A stretch of DNA of 62,158 bases, the filler included. It is 5 parts of 5 records of this genome, joined end to end, with 100 filler letters (N's around TTAATTAATTAA, not from the genome) between each part and the next. Parts side by side here need not be neighbours in the genome. Positions count along the whole stretch, not along the records: positions 16,370 to 30,239 come from DRR378314_679; positions 30,340 to 44,620 come from DRR378314_680; 3 more parts are not named here. One strand, 5' to 3'. Position 1 is the stretch's first letter; each line of letters begins with the position of its first letter. Position numbers and translations under genes: made by a program. The notes under the pieces were generated by a model. That model saw only the letters and a program-made list of their open reading frames with translations. It searched no databases and was not told where the DNA came from. Positions 25,868 through 34,821 of this stretch are shown piece after piece.

Positions 25868-28478
25868 ATGTTGGGGCTGCCATCGCGGTTTCACCCCATG
25901 CAAGTACGTGTTCCCCCCCCCGCGCACAAACGCGACATCGGGGACGATGCGCCTTCGATCGCGTGGCGCGCGGCGCGCGCGCGTCTGGCGGCGGCCGCTT
26001 CCAGATCCCCAAACCGCTCCGATGGCCTCACTGTTCCCGCTTCTTTACCGCGTTGCTTCGTTGTAGATATATTTTGTGCTGTTGACGTGCTGTCTCGTGG
26101 CGTATGCGGATCTCGTGTCGATCCCGCGCTTGTTCGGGTTCTCCGCGGCGGGGATCACGCACGCGCTGCTGTTCAACGCCTGCATAGGTGAGGAGCGGCG
26201 CGTCCTCGCGCGAGCCGCGTGAGCGGTGTGCTGCGACCCGGCACGCACCAAACGCTGCTTCCCGACGCCGCGTCCTTCCCAAGCACACAGTCGGCATCGG
26301 AAGCTTTTGCTTCTACGGATGCCGACGTCGCTGCGCTCACGTGACGGCTGGCATCTTGGCGCGCCTCGCTCGGCACGTTTTGCGGCTGCACCTGGACGGG
26401 AGCAGCGCGTTTCCACGTCTCTCTGCCTCGGTAAACCCCTCGCTGAATGGATCGTGAGACAGCGGGTTTGGCGTGCCCCTCACTTTTACGGGCAATCGAG
26501 ATGTATTACTGGGTGCTCATATTTTCTTTCATGTTGTTTTTTTGCACAGCGATGATGGTGGTGTGCTATTTGGCGGCCTATATCGCGGATCCAGGCAGCA
26601 TCCCGGCGGGCTGGACGCACAGCCTCCTTGAGGTACGGCGACTGTGCGCAGTTTTCTGGAAACCTTGTCACACTTTCTCCGGCGACCTCTGATGCTTCCA
26701 GGTGGTGGGCACAGGCTTAGCATTCGTGTGGGTTCGTGGGCGATTCTGTTCGTATCGCGTGTCTGGCGGAGAACAGAGGCGCTCAACGCGCGTTTCGGGT
26801 CGCGTTATGCCAGGTCGCGGGCCTTTGTGCGCTGACTTGCTCCTGCGGCATTGGCGCTGCGCCTTTTGCGCATTTTGCGTCTGCGCGCCGTGCACTCCAC
26901 TTTTGTTCCATCATTATTTTGCAGGAGCCGTCGTGGGAGCGCAAATCCGACGGAGGAATGCGCGCTTGCTCGAAGTGCGAGCACGAAAAGCCTCCTGTAC
27001 GTTGATACGTTGCCCCGGACGACGTCGAAGTGTGCCGTCGCGCTGCTTCTGTGCGTGCAGCGGGAAGTGCGCGCCGACTTCCCCACACGTCCTGAAAAGC
27101 GCGGCATAGTGTGTATTCGTTCCCTGATTTGCACGTCATGTGACGTCAAAGTTCCGTCTTGTTCATTCCCCTGTACTGCGCGCGTCCACGACAGCGGAGC
27201 CACCACTGCGGAATGCTTGGACGATGCGTGCTGCGCATGGACCACTTCTGCCCGTGGGTGGGGAACACCGTTGGCGCGAAAAATCACAAGTATTTCATCC
27301 AGTTTGTCTTCTACACCGCGGTTTCCCTCGTATATGCGGTGGTGTTGTATGTGATGCGAATACGCGCTGCAATGCATTCGAAGTCGGTACGTTTTTTTTT
27401 TCCCGCGAAGCTGCGAATGCATAGGCGTGACCGTTCTTCGCTATCCCAGTCCTCTCGCCAACACCTTCTTGAGACAAATGACTCGCTGAGTTTACCCCGC
27501 CTTCAGTTTTGACAGAGCGGCGCACTATGGGTTTTCGCGTATCATTTTTGTGAAAGTAAGGGGCCAGAAAAAAAGTACGCGGCATGTGAAACGCTTTTCC
27601 TTTGGTACTCGTGACCTCGGCCATGTCCTCTGCGCATCTGCCCATAAGCGGTTCCCTCGGGCGTGTCCTCACGCGTCTCCGCAACGTAATCCTGCCTTTG
27701 TCCGTGCAGCATCATGATGGATTAGGAATGTGGCTCGTGACCGTTGCGGTGGGATTCCTTTCGATTCCGACGATGATGAGCGTCGTCGGCCTGTTTGGAT
27801 TCCAAATGTACATTACAGCGAAGTACGTGACGATCGGATTCGTCTCCTAAGCCGTGCGTCCTCCCTTTTTGCTGCTTTGCACACGTGCGAGCATATCATG
27901 TTTGGGTACGATGGGCCTCAAAATTCCCCTTCTCCATGGATTGTCGTTTTCGCTGGCCGATTCTGTGCAGAAATATGACCACAATCGAACTCATGGAAGG
28001 AGGCCGGTGGGCTGCGGATGGGAAGCCGCATCCGAAAGTGATATACGATCACGGGATTCTGCATAATCTCAAGATGATGTTTGGCACGAACCCAATATCC
28101 TGGTTCTGTACGTATTTTGGCGAATAGCTTTTGTTCGTTTCACGGCAGTCGATCTGTCGTCTTATTTCGCGAAACGCGACACCGGTGCAATATGGAATCC
28201 GCTCTGCTCTGTTTTCTATCACTGTCTGCTCCTCTGTGTCTCCATGCACGTTTTCTTCTCTCACCATTTTGTACCAGAATGTGCGGTGCTGTTGGTGCCA
28301 ATATGCAGTTCCTGTCGGGCACGTAATGGACGGCTTCAATTTCAAGCCGAGATGTATCAAATATTATAATATCTACGGGGAAGAGGTACCCCCGCCGGAC
28401 GAGGAGCAAGGAGGAAGCGAACTGCGAGAATTCCCGGTCGAGAGTGATGATACGTCGGTACGACGCATTCCAGCATAA
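25868..28478 (+). CDS. DHHC-family protein S-acyltransferase with DHFC variant motif, 8 exons
   Basis: Exons 25868-25903, 26067-26187, 26550-26632, 26925-26996, 27195-27386, 27710-27822, 27971-28107, 28309-28478, all GT-AG and in phase. Four TM helices, DPG motif, CSKCEHEKPPRSHHCGMLGRCVLRMDHFCPWVGNTVGAKNHKYF, TTIE motif and YDHGILHNLKMMFG (PaCCT-like). Confidence 0.93.
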
Positions 28479-28559
28479 TCTCTGTTCGTACCGCAGCCGG
28501 TGAGAGTACGGCGGATGTTTATGAACGAAGGGCGAAGCGTACTCCATCGGGAAGGGAGG

Positions 28560-29621
28560 CTATTTTCTCCTCTTTTCTGTTGGGCGCGCAAGGGCAGTGG
28601 CAGGTGATGGATTGTGTACCGCTGTCCTCTTTACGCTGCGCCTGTTTGCGAAGCGACATGGCTCGCTCCACGGTGATACTCGGTGGAACAGAGCAGTGGG
28701 TAGCCTGTACGCTGCCCGATATATCCGCGCGGTATCCCTGTTGTGCAGCCGTGGATGGTGCGCTGATGTCAGCTCGCGGGTCGCGTAGGTGCAGAGCTTG
28801 TAGCCGAGGTAGCTGTGCGACCGCGGGCAAGAATCATGCACGTAATTTACCGAGACGTCACTGATTTCCTCTTGGTTATTCCTCTTTTGCGCGTGCGTTG
28901 CCCTCGAAATCGATGCATGTGTGTAGAATCGAATCGTAGAAGAGGACGATAAAGGCGAGCAAACGTATGTGTTCGAGGGTAAAACCGGATACGAGGCGGG
29001 AAAACCTCTGAAACGATCCGTGCGAACTGAGGACATCTGAACCATCCCGGAAAGCGCCAACAAGCCAATGTATAGTATATGCCTGCCCAGTGCTTTCCAA
29101 CGCCGCTTTTCGTGCAATACATCATCCTTTTTTGGCGCAGGTCTCTGAGAGAGTCGCTCGCGTTCGGTAAATGGGAGCGGTGCTCTCGCAATAGCACTGC
29201 ATTGTGCTCGCCGATGGAAAGATGATCAGAAGAAGCGGAGAATAGCACTCGCTCTGCTTCACGCACACTTGGTACTACAGTACCGTGGAAGCTGCGCAAG
29301 GGAGCGCGTGCAGGCGCGTCGCCCCGCGCTACCATCCGTCCGTCTCAGGCACGGCGCGAGCGGCTCCTGCCCGTAGCGAGCATAACTTTCGCCGATTGCG
29401 CGTGAACAACGTGCACTTCACTGGGCTTTCCTGCACCTCGATGGCGCCCACTGGGCTTGCGAATACGGCTGTGGCGCTGCGTGCCGCGGCGCGGGCTTCC
29501 GCGACAGCTGCAGCGCGCTCCACGTGGGCGCGAAGCTAGCGCCAGTGTTGCCATTTTCGGATACAGCGGCGCGGCGCAAATCGCGCTGCCTGTATTCGCT
29601 TCGCGCCCCCGCAGCTTGCAC
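28560..29621 (-). CDS. Possible multi-exon hypothetical gene convergent with the DHHC gene
   Basis: Several minus-strand blocks with GT/AG ends can be chained (e.g. ...FHGTVVPSVREAERVLFSASSDHLSIGEHNAVLLREHRSHL...), but no recognisable domain was found and the frames are ambiguous. Confidence 0.2.
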
Positions 29622-30213
29622 ACATACACACCGCTCACAGCGCGCAGGGAAAAGGCGCCAAGGAAGCAGAGTCGCCCACTTACAATGAGGAAAGTAACGA
29701 GGTACGCATGTCGCGCACGTCGTTGTACACTGCGGACCTGCACAGGAATCCTCTCGTGCGCGCTCGATGTCGCTGCGCGTCGGAACCTACGCGCGAAGGA
29801 TCTGAGGATTCTGAAACGTGTATCCGTCGAACTCGTCGGGCTCATTTGCGCGATTCGAGAGACTGCTGGTCTCTTTACTATTTTTCCCCGGCTTCTCGAG
29901 AGTTCCTGCGAGATATTCCGCGCCAAACGAAGGTGAAGAAATGTCCGGTACATACGGCACTTTTCCCTGTAGCATGGGAAGAATCGGAAACGCAGCGCAA
30001 GATCGGGCACGAAAGAGCGAGAGCAACAGGCAGAAAGCTTGTCAGTGCGCCTCATGCCGCTGCAGTGTAAGGCGAGACCCCCCACGATGCTCATATACAG
30101 GCGCATGCGCAAAGTGGGTAAGGGATGCAAGGGAGACGATGGAGTACAATCATGCGTAGAGTAGCTGGAAAGCACGAAAACTCACGCGGATGACATTGCA
30201 TCACGCGGCACGA

Positions 30214-30239
30214 AGAGAGAGAGAGAGAGAGAGAGAGAG
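30214..30239. repeat. (AG)n microsatellite at contig end
   Basis: Uninterrupted AG dinucleotide run up to the N spacer; probable cause of the assembly break. Confidence 0.95.
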
Positions 30240-30339
30240 NNNNNNNNNNNNNNNNNNNNNNNNNNNNNNNNNNNNNNNNNNNNTTAATTAATTAANNNNN
30301 NNNNNNNNNNNNNNNNNNNNNNNNNNNNNNNNNNNNNNN
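30240..30339. other. Artificial contig spacer
   Basis: N-run + TTAATTAATTAA + N-run; separates eukaryotic from bacterial sequence. Confidence 0.98.
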
Positions 30340-30368
30340 CGCGGGTTCGAGTCCCGTCCGCTCCGCCA
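30340..30368 (+). tRNA. 3' part of a bacterial tRNA, most likely tRNA-Asp (T-arm, acceptor stem, CCA)
   Basis: CGCGGGTTCGAGTCCCGTCCGCTCCGCCA closely matches the 3' end of gammaproteobacterial tRNA-Asp. The anticodon is cut off by the contig start. Confidence 0.85.
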
Positions 30369-30404
30369 TCTTCATGATCTTTCTCGTTTTCCGTTTGGAT
30401 TTAT

Positions 30405-30440
30405 GGCGACGCCGGCCTAGCCCGCGTCGCCTTTTTGTTT
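30405..30440 (+). terminator. Rho-independent terminator downstream of the tRNA
   Basis: GGCGACGC stem, GCGTCGCC complement, then TTTTTGTTT. Confidence 0.8.
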
Positions 30441-30585
30441 GTCTGAACCTTTCCCGCCGACACCGTTCTAACCCCCTGTAGCCCCCGTTCGCGGCCGCGA
30501 TTGTCATCAAGCCGTCACGGGCGGTGCTCTAACCTTACCGATGAACACACTGAAACAGGCCCGTTGGGCCGAATGGAGTATCCCT

Positions 30586-30684
30586 ATGGATGAATATCTG
30601 GAAGACCAACTGGAAGAAAAGCTGTGGCTGGAAAGCCTCGACGACCTGGACGACGATGTCGCCGATGACGGAGTCGAGCTTTGA
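30586..30684 (+). CDS. Putative 32-aa highly acidic microprotein
   Basis: GGAG Shine-Dalgarno shortly upstream of the ATG. Sequence MDEYLEDQLEEKLWLESLDDLDDDVADDGVEL with host-like codons (CTG, GAA, GAC). Too short for the ORF track; an in-frame upstream ATG exists at 30541. Confidence 0.5.
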   Translation: MDEYLEDQLEEKLWLESLDDLDDDVADDGVEL

Positions 30685-30693
30685 TGCCCCGGC

Positions 30694-30777
30694 GACAAGC
30701 GCCACGCTTCAAGCTTCAAGCAAGCCCCACCGCCACCCCGAGGCCTTCAGCTTGCGGCTTGTCGCTGGCAGCTTGAA
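30694..30777. repeat. Tandem-heptamer inverted repeat (4 x NNCAAGC-like ... 4 x GCTTGNN-like)
   Basis: Left arm GACAAGC-GCCACGC-TTCAAGC-TTCAAGC (30694-30721), 28-nt spacer, right arm GCTTGCG-GCTTGTC-GCTGGCA-GCTTGAA (30750-30777). Confidence 0.75.
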
Positions 30778-30985
30778 GCCCCATCCCCGAACGTCCCTCC
30801 GACACTTCGAAAGCGAAACGCCCTCCCCTCGATAAAAGGTCCCTTTTTGGTGACCGGCTTCCTTGTTTTGCCCTTACCCCTGTGAATATGCTGCCGTTGA
30901 ATCTGACGGGCAGCGGCAAGGAGTGACGCGTACTGTCACTGGCCGCGTGGATAACAGCGAAGAAATAACAACGAAGGGAAGGCTT

Positions 30986-32356
30986 ATGGCGGGTTCGTCA
31001 GTGACCTCCGAAGCGGTGCTGTTCTATTGCGAGAAGGGCATCAGCAAAAGCATGTTGTACGCCGATTTCGAAGCCATTCTGGACGGCATGGTGGGGGTGC
31101 CCGAGTTTGCCGGTAAGGAAATGCGCGGCGCCTATTGCCTGGTCAACGGCCGGCTGCGGGCCAAGGCCATGGTGCTGTTTCTGATCGATTTCGACGCCGA
31201 CGGCATGGCCGACACCACCTGGAACGTGCCCCTGCGACACCTGGCGGAACACGGCGGCCCGGGCCCGGACATGGGCGCCGGCCCGATTCGTCTGGCCTGC
31301 CGCAGCCAGTGCCCGGTGGCCTGGCACCAGGACCAGCTGTGGGACCCGGTGATGAAGCCCGGCGCCAATGATTTCGTGGCGGCCCGGGATCTGCTGCGCA
31401 GCCGGGGCTCGAAGATGGGCCTGGAAGTGGACGAGGATCTGCCGCCGCCGACGGCGGCGGTGCCCACCCTGTCCGGCGAGGACGTGCCCACGGTGCGGCC
31501 CGCCGACGGCGCCAGGAGCAAGAACGACGACGAGGAGCGGGTGCGTCTGGCGCGCACCATCAAGGAACTGCGGCTGCGCATCCACACCCTGGAAACCGGG
31601 CAGAAAGAGGAGATGGCCCAGCTCCGCTATGCCCAGCAGCAGAAGGAAGAGATTCTCAGCGCCCAGCTGGAAAAGGTGCTGATGCAGTTCAAAACCCTGA
31701 AATCACAGAACGCGGCGCTGCGTGAGCAGAACGGCTCGCTCAAGGCGCAGGTGGAGTCGCTCAACCGCAGCCTGGAAGAGCACGCCGGCCGCAACGCGGA
31801 GCAGGGCAGCGAGGTGGAGCGTCTGGCCGAGCAGTACAAGCTGTCCCTGGAGCAGCGCCTGGAGGAAGAGCGCGCCCGGCTGGCCGATGAGATCCACAGC
31901 CGTGAAATGGACGTGCTCAACCGCGACGACCTGGTCAACCAGCTGCGCGCGGAAATCTCCGAGCTTAAGCGCGACCAGATGAAAGTGGCCCACTCCGGCG
32001 GTCAGAAGATCCTCGATAAGCTGGAGAGCCTGGGCCTGAGCTTTATCGCCTTTCATCCGGGGGCCGGGCATGTGTCCGTGGCCGCCGACCAGATCGCCGA
32101 TTATATGGACAACCCGGTGGCGTTCGCCGCCCGCAAGTGCCTGGTCACCGAGGACCATTACCGGGCCTGGCTGGCGCACTACGAAAACCCGGTGTGCCAG
32201 GTGGCGGTGGGCCCGGACCAGGCCTGCTGCGGCAAGCGGGTGATCCGCGTGGACGTGCCCAATCAGTTCAAGCCGGGGGTGTCGGATTGCAACTCCAACC
32301 GCTGCCCGCACTGCCGGTCGGATTCGTCCATCGATAACGTGCTCCGCTTCCGCTGA
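30986..32356 (+). CDS. Conserved hypothetical protein: globular N-domain (CRSQC), long coiled coil, Cys-rich C-domain
   Basis: Long ORF with strong GC3 codon bias; likely start is the ATG at 30986 after a purine-rich GGAAGG. The central region is E/L/Q/R heptad-rich. No Walker A motif was seen. Confidence 0.85.
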   Translation: MAGSSVTSEAVLFYCEKGISKSMLYADFEAILDGMVGVPEFAGKEMRGAYCLVNGRLRAKAMVLFLIDFDADGMADTTWNVPLRHLAEHGGPGPDMGAGPIRLACRSQCPVAWHQDQLWDPVMKPGANDFVAARDLLRSRGSKMGLEVDEDLPPPTAAVPTLSGEDVPTVRPADGARSKNDDEERVRLARTIKELRLRIHTLETGQKEEMAQLRYAQQQKEEILSAQLEKVLMQFKTLKSQNAALREQNGSLKAQVESLNRSLEEHAGRNAEQGSEVERLAEQYKLSLEQRLEEERARLADEIHSREMDVLNRDDLVNQLRAEISELKRDQMKVAHSGGQKILDKLESLGLSFIAFHPGAGHVSVAADQIADYMDNPVAFAARKCLVTEDHYRAWLAHYENPVCQVAVGPDQACCGKRVIRVDVPNQFKPGVSDCNSNRCPHCRSDSSIDNVLRFR

Positions 32357-32464
32357 ACGGGGGCGTGGCAGGGCGCGACCGCGAGTTGGTAAGTTTTTTG
32401 CAGGTAATTGTCCCAATAAACCGCGGACGCTCCGCGACACAAGAATGAATCAGGGGGAGCTCGA

Positions 32465-33538
32465 ATGGCTCGTGAATCCATCGACAAGAGTCTGCTGCAG
32501 ACCTTCGTGCCGGTGAACGCCCTGTCGGGTGATCAACTGGACTGGCTGCTGGATCAGCAGGAAGTGCGCCGCTACGAGGCCGGCGATGTGCTGTTCCGTC
32601 AGGGCGACCGGGACAACACCACCATTTACCTGCTGAGCGGCGAGGTGGAGTTGTTCAGCGAGCACGGCGAGCGCACGGTGATCAGCGCCGGCGACAGCGC
32701 CTCCTGGCACCCGCTGGGCCATTTCCAGCCGCGCCGGGACGACTGCAAGGCGGTCGGTGAGGTGAGCGTGGTGCGCTTCGACAGCTTCCGGCTGGACACC
32801 ATCCTCTCCTGGGATCAGTCCGCCGGCTATGTGATTCTCGACATCAACGCCAACGCCGCCTACCAGCACGACCGCGAGTGGATGATCCGGCTGCTCAAAT
32901 CCAAGCTGTTCCACCGGGTGCCGCCGGCCAACATTCTGGAGATCTTCCGCCGCCTGCGCGCGCGCCGCTGCAAGGAAGGCGAAGCCATCGTCACCCAGGG
33001 CGAGCAGGCGGATTGCTGCTATATCATCAAGGAAGGGGTGTGCGAGGTGGCGATCACCCTGGGCGGTAAAAGCAGCGAAGCGATGCCGGTGGCGATGCTC
33101 GAGGAAGGCCAGTGGTTCGGCGAGGAGGCGCTGCTCTCCGGCAAGCCGCGCAACGCCACCGTGACCATGGCCACCGACGGCGTGTTGATGCGCCTGGACC
33201 GCCAGGACTTCGACGCCCTGCTGCGCGAACCGGTGATTCACACCCTGGACCCGGCGGACGCCCGCCAGCGTATCGACGAGGGCGCCCGCTGGCTGGACGT
33301 GCGCACCGCCGACGAGTTCGACCAGCAGCATCTGGCCGGTGCCACCAATATTCCGCTGGGCGCGCTGCGCCTGAAATCCCGGTTGCTCGACCCCGCCGGC
33401 CGCTACGTGGCCTACTGCGACACCGGCCGGCGTAGCGCCACCGCCGCCTTTCTGCTAAAAAACGCCGGACTGGATGTGTTCGTCCTGGATGGCGGTCTGA
33501 ATAACAATGCTGATACCCTGCAGGACTATCTGAAATAG
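32465..33538 (+). CDS. Tandem cyclic-nucleotide-binding domains + C-terminal rhodanese domain protein
   Basis: CNB1 has GDVLFRQGD...IYLLSGEV with a degenerate cassette. CNB2 has GEAIVTQGE...YIIKEG...FGEEALLSGKPRNATV. The rhodanese domain has WLDVRTADEF..HLAGATNIP..YCDTGRRS..LDGG. GGGGAG RBS. Confidence 0.9.
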   Translation: MARESIDKSLLQTFVPVNALSGDQLDWLLDQQEVRRYEAGDVLFRQGDRDNTTIYLLSGEVELFSEHGERTVISAGDSASWHPLGHFQPRRDDCKAVGEVSVVRFDSFRLDTILSWDQSAGYVILDINANAAYQHDREWMIRLLKSKLFHRVPPANILEIFRRLRARRCKEGEAIVTQGEQADCCYIIKEGVCEVAITLGGKSSEAMPVAMLEEGQWFGEEALLSGKPRNATVTMATDGVLMRLDRQDFDALLREPVIHTLDPADARQRIDEGARWLDVRTADEFDQQHLAGATNIPLGALRLKSRLLDPAGRYVAYCDTGRRSATAAFLLKNAGLDVFVLDGGLNNNADTLQDYLK

Positions 33539-33573
33539 CACGCCGACGGCGTCTACTTGGTTGCAGGAACAAC

Positions 33574-34464
33574 GTGTCCCAGGAAAAATTTCGCAATATC
33601 GGTCTGATCGCGCGCACCGAGAGTGAACAAACGCTGTATTCGGTGCGGCAGCTGATCCACTTTCTGCACGGTCGCGACTGCACTGTGATCCTCGATCGGG
33701 CGATCGCCGGCAGCCTCCCGGAATCCGGCCTGCAGGCCGCCAAGGCCTCGCAAATGGGCGACGCCTGTGATCTGGTGATCGTGGTGGGCGGCGACGGCAG
33801 CCTGCTGGGCGCGGCCCGCGATCTGGCCCGTTTCGACGTGCCGGTGCTGGGCATCAACCGCGGCCATCTGGGCTTTCTCACCGACATTCTGCCCTCGGAG
33901 ATCGAATCCCGGGTCGGCCAGGTGCTGGACGGCGACTACACCACCGAACGGCGCTTCCTGCTGGATATGGAAGTGCGGCGCGGCAAGACCGTGATGGGGG
34001 AGGGCAGCGCCCTCAACGACGTGGTGCTGCTCTCCGGTGACAGCGTCCACATGATCGACTTCGAGCTCACCATCGACGGCCTGTTCGTGTACGGCCAGCG
34101 CTCCGACGGCCTGATCATTTCCACGCCCACCGGCTCCACCGCCTACGCGCTGTCCGGCGGCGGGCCGATCATGCACCCGCGCCTGGACGCCATGGTGCTG
34201 GTGCCGCTCAACCCCCACACCCTCACCAGCCGGCCGCTGGTGGTGGACGGCAACAGCGAGATCAAGATCCACATCACCACCGAGAAGGTCAACCCGCTGG
34301 TCAGCTGCGACGGCACCGCCGGCATCCGCCTGCAGGCCGAGGACGTGATCGCGATCCGCAAGAAGCCCCACCGCCTGCGCTTGATTCACCCGCCCGGCCA
34401 CGATTTCTACCAGGCCTGCCGTTCCAAGCTGGGCTGGAGCACCCGCCCCGGCGACGGGAACTAG
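33574..34464 (+). CDS. nadK: NAD(+) kinase
   Basis: GGDG, GINRGHLGFL, LNDVV and DGLIISTPTGSTAYALSGGGP motifs; GTG start. Confidence 0.97.
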   Translation: MSQEKFRNIGLIARTESEQTLYSVRQLIHFLHGRDCTVILDRAIAGSLPESGLQAAKASQMGDACDLVIVVGGDGSLLGAARDLARFDVPVLGINRGHLGFLTDILPSEIESRVGQVLDGDYTTERRFLLDMEVRRGKTVMGEGSALNDVVLLSGDSVHMIDFELTIDGLFVYGQRSDGLIISTPTGSTAYALSGGGPIMHPRLDAMVLVPLNPHTLTSRPLVVDGNSEIKIHITTEKVNPLVSCDGTAGIRLQAEDVIAIRKKPHRLRLIHPPGHDFYQACRSKLGWSTRPGDGN

Positions 34465-34539
34465 CCGCAAGCTTCACTTGCATCCTGTATCCTAAGCCCC
34501 ATTACTCCACGCATAGCGATTGATAGGTATAGGTACGCC

Positions 34540-34821
34540 ATGGCTTCTTCCCCTTCCTTCGACGAGCTTATCGACGGCATGACCCTGGAGGTGTGGCACA
34601 ACATGCGCACCGCGGTGGAAACCGGCCGCTGGCCGGACGGCCGCCGGGTCAGCGACGAGCAGCGTGCCCTGTGCATGCAGGCGGTGATCGCCTGGGAAGT
34701 GCGCAACCTGCCCGAGGAAGAACGTAGTGGTTACGTCCCCAGTCACTGCAAGAGCGCCGACGGCGACACCGGGGAACAGCCGGTGGACCTGCGCCCCGCG
34801 CGCCGACACGGAGAACATTGA
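34540..34821 (+). CDS. yeaC: YeaC/DUF1315 family protein
   Basis: LIDGMTLEV...TAVETGRWPDGRRVSDEQRALCMQAVIAWE matches the YeaC family pattern. Confidence 0.85.
   Translation: MASSPSFDELIDGMTLEVWHNMRTAVETGRWPDGRRVSDEQRALCMQAVIAWEVRNLPEEERSGYVPSHCKSADGDTGEQPVDLRPARRHGEH

Noticed and set aside
30986..32356. Calling the coiled-coil protein a ParA/SMC/repair ATPase
   Set aside because: No Walker A/B or signature motif is visible.
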